Assembly (NCBI GenBank): GCA_963838015.1
Contig: CAWIPG010000007.1
Span: 114,867 to 178,866 of the forward strand
DNA length: 64,000 nt
Source: an uncultured Acidobacteriaceae bacterium
Lineage (GTDB): Bacteria > Acidobacteriota > Terriglobia > Terriglobales > Acidobacteriaceae
Direction of reading: 5' to 3'
Shown here: positions 57,710 through 64,000 of the stretch, piece by piece
Position numbering within the stretch: position 1 is the first letter of the stretch
How the letters are laid out: each line of letters opens with the position of its first letter
Translations under genes and position numbers: made by a program
The notes under the pieces: generated by a model
Told to the model about the DNA's origin: nothing
Databases searched by the model: none
What the model saw: the letters and a program-made list of their open reading frames with translations, nothing else

Positions 57710-57759
57710 GCTGTGTTGCTGATACCAGCAAGATCAAAAGCCTCGATTGCCTAGGTTCA

Positions 57760-58998
57760 CTACTCGTACCTCAAACTTTCCACCGGATCCAACTGCGCCG
57801 CCCGGGCGGCGGGGACGGTGCCGAAGATTACTCCTACCAGCGACGACACCAAGATGGCGATGATCGCCGAGAGTCCGGAGACGGGGACGCGGTATTCGGT
57901 GAGGTAACGGACCGACCACGGGATGGCCAGGCCGATCACGATGCCGACTGAGCCTCCAATGAGCGAGATCAGGATGGCTTCGGCCAGGAACTGAAAGCGG
58001 ATTTCTCGGTTGGTGGCGCCAACGGCCTTGCGGATACCGATTTCGCGGATGCGGGAATTTACCGTGGCCAGCATGATGTTCATGATGCCGATGCCGCTAA
58101 CGAGCAGCACGACCATGGCGATGCCCAGCAGCATCCAGGTGAGACCGGTGAAGATGCGATCGGTCATGACTAACAGCGCGGTAAGGTTCGAGACGTTGTA
58201 GACCGATTCGCCGCGGTGGCGCGATTGCAGCACGCGTTTAATTTGCGCCGTCGCGGCGTTCACCATCGACGGGTCTTCCATGGAGAAATACAGAAGTTTG
58301 ACGCTGGGCGTCTCCATGAAATAGCGGCTCACGGAGTAGGGGATGAGCAATGTGTTGTCGACGATCTCGGACTGGCCGAAGGTTTCCACGCGCTCTTTGA
58401 AGGTGCCGATGATGGTGAAGGGCAGTCCGGTGAGCTTGATTACTTTGCCTACCGCTGCCTGTGGCGAGCCATAGACGTCGATGGCCATCTTCTCGGTGAT
58501 TACGCCGACTTTGTTGTGGGCCTGCGCATCTTCCTGATCGAAGAATCTTCCGGATGGGATGACCAGGTTGCGCACCTGCCGGTATTCGGGATTGACGCCG
58601 AGGATGGAAACGTCTTTTTCTTTGCCGTTGCCGACGGGGACGCGGTCAGAGAGCGTGGTGACGGGAGACGACGCGACGATGCCGGGGACGACTTGCTGGA
58701 CGGCCTGGAGGTCGTCGATGGTGAGCGGGTCGGGGTTGGAGTTGCTGATGTGCGGCGCGCCGCCGAGGTATTCGGCCCAGATTTCGTTGGTGCCGATGGC
58801 CTGGATTTGATTAAGCACGAATTGCCGACCGGTCATTCCGATGGTGACCACGAGGATGAGAGACGCGGTGCCGATCACCATCCCCAGCGCGGTGAGGATG
58901 AAGCGAATTTTGTTGCTGCAAAAAGTGTCGTAGGAAAAGGCGATGATTTCGCCGAAGGCCATTTGTGGACGAAGGCGGGTTGTGATGGCTGCGGCCAT
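57760..58998 (-). CDS. ABC transporter permease, MacB/FtsX type
   Basis: Same architecture as 17172-18587, ending ...AARAAQLDPVESLRYE. Confidence 0.85.
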   Translation of the reverse strand: MAAAITTRLRPQMAFGEIIAFSYDTFCSNKIRFILTALGMVIGTASLILVVTIGMTGRQFVLNQIQAIGTNEIWAEYLGGAPHISNSNPDPLTIDDLQAVQQVVPGIVASSPVTTLSDRVPVGNGKEKDVSILGVNPEYRQVRNLVIPSGRFFDQEDAQAHNKVGVITEKMAIDVYGSPQAAVGKVIKLTGLPFTIIGTFKERVETFGQSEIVDNTLLIPYSVSRYFMETPSVKLLYFSMEDPSMVNAATAQIKRVLQSRHRGESVYNVSNLTALLVMTDRIFTGLTWMLLGIAMVVLLVSGIGIMNIMLATVNSRIREIGIRKAVGATNREIRFQFLAEAILISLIGGSVGIVIGLAIPWSVRYLTEYRVPVSGLSAIIAILVSSLVGVIFGTVPAARAAQLDPVESLRYE

Positions 58999-59190
58999 TG
59001 GGCTCTGTTAACTGATGCTACGGCTTGGCGTTGGGACGCGCAAACTTGCAAAATTCTAAAATCTTAAACACAGGGGTACACAGAGGAAGTTCTGGGCTCG
59101 TTTTCCAACTGAGGCCTGCCAACCGTTTGTCCTCAGAATGGTCTTTCATACCTAATCCCTTATAGAATTGCCCGGGAGGTATCGTGGAGA

Positions 59191-59961
59191 GTGCAGGTTC
59201 CTCGAGCGATTCCGCAGGCTAGGCTTGCTCTGGTTTTGCCGACGCTGCATGAGGCGGGCAACATTCAGGCGGTCTTGCAGCGAGTTCGTGGCAGCCTTGA
59301 TCCCCTTGGAATTCCTTACGAAGTGATCGTCGTGGATGATGACAGCCGGGACGGGACCGCGGAGATTGTGCGTGCAATCAGCGAGTCCGATCCTCGGGTG
59401 CGCTTTCTGGTGCGCAGCGGTGCGCGTGGCCTGGGTGGGGCGGTGGTGCATGGATGGGAGCGAACGGAGGCGGAGATTGTTGGCGTCATGGATGCGGACT
59501 TGCAGCATCCTCCCGAGTTGCTGCCACAGTTATGGAAGGCGATAGAGGTAGGAGCCGATCTCGCCCTGGCCAGCCGCTACGCGGCGCAGGGCGGCCTGCA
59601 AGATTGGAACGTGGTACGACGCGGACTTTCACGGTTGGCGATTTGGCTAACTCAGCCCTTGCAGAAACCGGAGATTCGTGTGCAGGATCCGATGACCGGA
59701 TTTTTTCTGGTACGGCGGACTTGTATTCGAAACATCGCTCTCGAAACCAAGGGGTTCAAGATTCTGCTGGAAATACTGGTGCGGGGCGAAGTGAGATCGG
59801 CGGTAGAGATTCCGTTTTGCTTTGGCGTACGGAAGGCGGGCGCCAGCAAGGCGGGGATTAAGGAAGGTCTGAACTATATTTTTCTGCTGGGACGGCTGTG
59901 GCGGGACACTTGTGCTCCGTGGCGAGCGGCTCAAACTGCCAGGAACCATATCAATCATTGA
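59191..59961 (+). CDS. polyprenol-phosphate mannosyl/glycosyl transferase (GT2, Dpm1-like)
   Basis: LVLPTLHEAGNI...EVIVVDDDSRDGT...MDADLQHPPE. Confidence 0.8.
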   Translation: MQVPRAIPQARLALVLPTLHEAGNIQAVLQRVRGSLDPLGIPYEVIVVDDDSRDGTAEIVRAISESDPRVRFLVRSGARGLGGAVVHGWERTEAEIVGVMDADLQHPPELLPQLWKAIEVGADLALASRYAAQGGLQDWNVVRRGLSRLAIWLTQPLQKPEIRVQDPMTGFFLVRRTCIRNIALETKGFKILLEILVRGEVRSAVEIPFCFGVRKAGASKAGIKEGLNYIFLLGRLWRDTCAPWRAAQTARNHINH

Positions 59962-60005
59962 GCTAACTGAAAGTTGTGTTCTCACCGATCCTTAACCCGT
60001 AACCC

Positions 60006-61511
60006 GTGATGCCCAACCCCGACATACGAGTGAATAACCTCTCATCTAGCAAGCTCAAGACGCTGGCGATCCTATTGTTGCTGACGCTGGGAGCGCTGCT
60101 CGTTGCCGGTTACCATCCTTACGCGGAAGATGCGGAAATCTACTTGCCGGGAGTGGAGAAGATTTTGCATCCGGAGCTGTTTCCATATGGGCAGGAATTT
60201 TTTAAGTCGCACGCCAGCCTCACACTTTTCCCCAATCTGGTGGCGCTTTCTCTACGCGCGCCTCACTTGCCTATGGCGACTGGCTTGTTCGTATGGCACG
60301 TGGCGTCTATCCTTTTTCTGCTTCTCGCCTGCTGGGAGTTGAGCGGGATCCTCTTTTCGAATGCACCGGCGCGATGGGGCGGTGTGTGCCTGGTGGCCGC
60401 GCTGCTGACGATTCCTGTGGCAGGGACGGCGCTCTACATCATGGACCAGTATTTGAATCCGCGAAATCTGGCGGCGTTCGCAGGCGTATTCATGGTGACG
60501 CGGACCTTGCAGAAAAAATATGTGAACGCGGTATTGTGGCTGGTGTTCGCGGCTTGTATGCATCCGCTTATGTGGGTGTTTCCATTTTCGTTTTGCGCGT
60601 TGCTTGTGGTGATGGAGGTGCTCCAACGCCGATGGAAAAATATCCCTGCGGCAGCTTTTGCGGGACTGGTGTGGTTGAGCATACCTCTGGCGCCCGGAAC
60701 TAGCTTGGCCTATCACGAAGCGGCGAAACGGCATGCGTACCATTACATCCAGCATTGGGCCTGGTATGAGTTGTTGGGAATTGTTGCTCCGCTGGCTTTG
60801 TTCTGGTGGTTTGCGCGGATCGCGCGGAAGCGGCAGTGGGCCGCGGTTGAGCGCGTCAGTCGTGCGAGCGTTGTTTACGGACTGTGCTTTCTTGTTGGGG
60901 CGCTCGTCGTGGACCTGCCGGCGCGCTTTGAAACTCTCGCGCGGCTGCAGCCGCTGCGCAGTCTGCATCTTCTTTATATCTTGATGTTTGTTTTAATCGG
61001 CGGTTTTCTTGGCGAATATGTACTGAAGAATCGTGTGTGGCGCTGGCTGTTGTTATTCGTGCCTTTGAGCGTGGGAATGTACATGGGGCAGCGGTCGCTT
61101 TTTCCAGCGAGTGCGCAGGTGGAATGGCCGGGCGTCACATCCAGAAATCCCTGGGCGCAGGCGTTCGTGTGGGCTCGGCAGAACACACCAGCGGATGCAG
61201 TGTTCGCTCTCGATCCGGAATATATGCACATTGCAGGCGAGGATGAGATCGGGTTCCGCTGCCTGGCGCAGCGCAGCCGCCTGGCCGACGCGGTGAAGGA
61301 CAACGGTGTGGTGAGCATGTTTCCGCCGCTAGCCGAGGAGTGGTGGGCGCAGGTCCAGGCGCAGACTCCGTGGCAGAGTTTTCACACTAAAGATTTTCTG
61401 CGATTGAAAAACAAGTACGGTGTGGGCTGGGTCGTTATTCAGCAGCCTGCGGTTGCCGGGCTCGAGTGTGCCTATTCGCACGGTGGAATCAGTGTTTGCC
61501 GGATTCTCTGA
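60006..61511 (+). CDS. polytopic membrane protein, putative GT-C type glycosyltransferase
   Basis: More than 10 hydrophobic segments, an acidic first loop YAEDAEIY and a soluble C-terminal domain. Assignment is by architecture and neighbourhood only. Confidence 0.5.
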   Translation: MMPNPDIRVNNLSSSKLKTLAILLLLTLGALLVAGYHPYAEDAEIYLPGVEKILHPELFPYGQEFFKSHASLTLFPNLVALSLRAPHLPMATGLFVWHVASILFLLLACWELSGILFSNAPARWGGVCLVAALLTIPVAGTALYIMDQYLNPRNLAAFAGVFMVTRTLQKKYVNAVLWLVFAACMHPLMWVFPFSFCALLVVMEVLQRRWKNIPAAAFAGLVWLSIPLAPGTSLAYHEAAKRHAYHYIQHWAWYELLGIVAPLALFWWFARIARKRQWAAVERVSRASVVYGLCFLVGALVVDLPARFETLARLQPLRSLHLLYILMFVLIGGFLGEYVLKNRVWRWLLLFVPLSVGMYMGQRSLFPASAQVEWPGVTSRNPWAQAFVWARQNTPADAVFALDPEYMHIAGEDEIGFRCLAQRSRLADAVKDNGVVSMFPPLAEEWWAQVQAQTPWQSFHTKDFLRLKNKYGVGWVVIQQPAVAGLECAYSHGGISVCRIL

Positions 61512-61600
61512 AGGCAATAGCGGCGCGGATTTCGCTCGCAAAATCTCCCAGCTGTGCCTGCCGATTCGATACAATCCCTAGAATAAGGAGATTTTCTCTT

Positions 61601-62467
61601 ATGTCTACTGCGCGGGCTGTGCAGGATCCCGTCCGGCTGTTTCCCTACGAAAGGTGGGAGTCGCCACTGCCTGCGCTCACCCGGCGATACCGTGACAACA
61701 AGCCTTGTCCGCACATTCTGCTGGAAGATTTTCTCGATCCTAATGTGGCTGCGGACATGGCGGCGCAGTTTCCGCAGCCTACCAGCGACGCATGGACGCA
61801 GTACAAGCACGCCAACGAAAACAAACTCGGCATGCCCAAGCGCGAAATGTTTCCGGCGACGATTCGCGCCGTTACCGACGAGTTGAACTCGCCGGAGTTT
61901 GTGGCATGGGTTTCGGAGTTGACTGGAATCCCTGGTCTGATGGCGGACCCAATGCTCGAAGGTGGAGGGCTGCATCAATCCGGGCCGGGTGGATATCTGA
62001 ACGTGCACACGGACTTTTCCATGCACCACTTCCACACCGATTGGCACCGGCGCGTGAATCTGATTCTTTATCTGAATCCGGGATGGCAGGCGGAGTGGGG
62101 TGGTGCGCTCGAGTTGTGGGAGGCGAAGATGGCGCGTTGTGGGGCGAAGTATTTGCCGCTGCTGAATCATGCGCTCATTTTCACGACCGATGAGAGATCG
62201 CTGCACGGCTTTCCCGATCCGCTGTCGTGCCCCGAAGGACAGTCGCGCAAGAGCCTGGCTTTGTATTACTACACGCTTGAGCCGGGGAAAAAGGTCAGCG
62301 GGCACTCCACCGATTATTTTGCGCGGCCGCAGGATGGGTGGGGGAAATCGGCGATGATCTGGTTGGATAAGAAAGCCGTCGATCTGTATTCGCGGGCCAA
62401 GGCGCGGTTTGGCTTCTCGGATGAATTTGCCAGCAGGGTGTTGGGATTTTTATCGAAGAAGAAGTAG
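61601..62467 (+). CDS. 2OG-Fe(II) oxygenase family protein
   Basis: HTD...H facial-triad context LNVHTDFS...SLHGF and WGGALELW. ATG 61601 is preceded by AAGGAG. Confidence 0.75.
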   Translation: MSTARAVQDPVRLFPYERWESPLPALTRRYRDNKPCPHILLEDFLDPNVAADMAAQFPQPTSDAWTQYKHANENKLGMPKREMFPATIRAVTDELNSPEFVAWVSELTGIPGLMADPMLEGGGLHQSGPGGYLNVHTDFSMHHFHTDWHRRVNLILYLNPGWQAEWGGALELWEAKMARCGAKYLPLLNHALIFTTDERSLHGFPDPLSCPEGQSRKSLALYYYTLEPGKKVSGHSTDYFARPQDGWGKSAMIWLDKKAVDLYSRAKARFGFSDEFASRVLGFLSKKK

Positions 62468-62481
62468 GACAGGTTTTGTTT

Positions 62482-63285
62482 CTACGCGGGGCGTGCGGTT
62501 CTGCGGGCGTAATAAGTGGTCGGAAGGCTCGCTTCCAGCTTACGGCCTTTGTCGCTGAAGCGCGGCAAGTGCATCAGTCCCGCACGCTGCAAGGCGAATT
62601 GCAGCGCAGTCGCAACCACTCCGAAACCATATTTAACGCTGCGTCGGAAGTTGATCGACGAAGCCTCTTCGAAGTACTTCGTGGGGCACGACACTTCTCC
62701 AATACGAAAGCCAAAGTGAACGCACTGGGCGACGACCTGATTGTCGAAAACAAAGTCGTCGGAATTTTCCAGCAGCGGCAGTTCGGTGAGCACCTGGCTG
62801 CTGAAAGCGCGGTAGCCCGTATGGTATTCCGAGAGCTTCGCGCGCAGAAAAAGGTTTTCAAACGCCGTGAGCGCGCGGTTGGAAATGTATTTGTAGAGCG
62901 GCATGCCGCCGCGCAGCGCTCCTCCGCCGATGATACGCGACCCCAGCACAACGTCGTAAACGCCATAGGCCACCATGCTTGCCATGGCCGTAACCAATAG
63001 CGGAGTGTACTGATAGTCCGGGTGCAGCATGATGACGACGTCGGCCCCGGCGGCCAGGGCTTCGCGGTAGCAGGTTTGCTGATTGCGGCCGTAACCGTAG
63101 TTGCGGTCGTGCTGGAAGACTTGCAGGCCGAGGCGGCGCGCGAGGTCAACGGTGTGATCGGAGCTGTGGTCATCCACCAGGATGCGGATATCCACCAACT
63201 CTGGGATCTCAGCGACGGTGGCCTCGAGGGTTTTCTCCGCGTTGTAGGCCGGCATTACCACCGCGATTCGCTTTCCTTGGATCAT
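62482..63285 (-). CDS. glycosyltransferase family 2
   Basis: [14 protein letters not shown]...[11 protein letters not shown]...MLHPDYQY. Confidence 0.85.
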   Translation of the reverse strand: MIQGKRIAVVMPAYNAEKTLEATVAEIPELVDIRILVDDHSSDHTVDLARRLGLQVFQHDRNYGYGRNQQTCYREALAAGADVVIMLHPDYQYTPLLVTAMASMVAYGVYDVVLGSRIIGGGALRGGMPLYKYISNRALTAFENLFLRAKLSEYHTGYRAFSSQVLTELPLLENSDDFVFDNQVVAQCVHFGFRIGEVSCPTKYFEEASSINFRRSVKYGFGVVATALQFALQRAGLMHLPRFSDKGRKLEASLPTTYYARRTARPA

Positions 63286-63472
63286 TGTTATTGGGCTCGG
63301 TTAATCCATGATACCCGAGAGTGGCCGTAGGGTAATGCGCTGATCTTTTATATCACCGCCCCTGCATGGCACTTGGCTTTGGCCGGTTTCCGATCCGCAT
63401 CGAAGGCAACATAACTGTTAAAATTAACCTGACGCTGGCTCCTTAGTTCCATGGAGTTCGGCCTCAGGGATC

Positions 63473-64000
63473 AATGTCCGCACCGCGAACACTCTTCGAG
63501 AAAATCTGGGATGCCCACTTGGTAGCGCAGCCGGGCGGCCGCTCGCCGATTATTTACATTGATCTGCATCTGGTGCATGAAGTCACTTCGCCGCAGGCTT
63601 TTGACGGGTTGCGCGCTGCCGGAAGAAAAGTTCGTCAGCCTGCGCGCACCGTGGCTACCGTCGATCACAATATTCCCACCGAGCCGCGGGGCACTCCCAT
63701 CACCGATTTGATTGCCGCTGCGCAGATTGCGGCGTTGCAGGCGAACTGCAAAGAATTCGGCGTCCACCTGTTCGATATGGATTCGCCGGAGCAGGGGATT
63801 GTGCACGTGATTGGGCCGGAGTTGGGGCTGACGCAGCCGGGCATGACGATCGTCTGCGGCGATAGCCACACTAGCACGCACGGAGCTTTTGGTTCATTGG
63901 CTTTCGGCATTGGAACGTCGGAAGTGGAACACGTGCTGGCGACGCAGTGTCTGGCCCAGCAGAAGCCGAAGACGATGAAGATCGATGTGCGCGGTAGGCT
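63473..64000 (+). CDS. leuC: 3-isopropylmalate dehydratase large subunit (3' end outside window)
   Basis: [17 protein letters not shown]...[17 protein letters not shown]...[10 protein letters not shown]...[15 protein letters not shown]. Open to the window end, so absent from the ORF track. Confidence 0.9.

Noticed and set aside
63330-63472. Possible leader or attenuator upstream of leuC.
   Set aside because: I could find no Leu-rich leader peptide, T-box or convincing terminator/antiterminator pair.

Overview
A 64 kb, high-GC bacterial chromosomal segment. The gene families and repeat types look Acidobacteriota-like, but that is inference only and no search was run. About 60 credible genes are present.

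**1-16 kb:** a two-component cluster with two response regulators, two diverged tandem copies of an orphan solute-binding protein gene, and a HAMP-PAS histidine kinase. It is followed by redox and detoxification-type genes and a tRNA-Ser(UGA). Six intergenic sites in this part carry the same fixed-geometry bipartite upstream motif.

**16-50 kb:**
- ABC exporter genes and a NarL-type two-component system coupled to a CRTAC1/ASPIC-UnbV protein.
- A type III PKS / FAD-oxidoreductase / YceI operon.
- A SAM-I riboswitch in front of a threonine-synthase-like gene plus a MoaD/ThiS-like sulfur carrier.
- Housekeeping genes: ddl, arginase, asnS, ggt, coaE, folD and an htrA-like protease.
- Several families of intergenic palindromic or REP-like repeats.

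**50.3-57.8 kb:** a degraded accessory patch. It holds a 5'-truncated group II intron and an IS3-family element interrupted by an IS1182-family element. It also holds an orphan RHS C-terminal toxin tip with two small membrane-protein genes, and a RayT-type transposase flanked by inverted REPs.

**57.8-64 kb:** an ABC permease, a glycosylation cluster and the start of leuC.

No CRISPR array or rRNA was seen. All functional calls come from reading the translated ORFs by eye; no database search was run.
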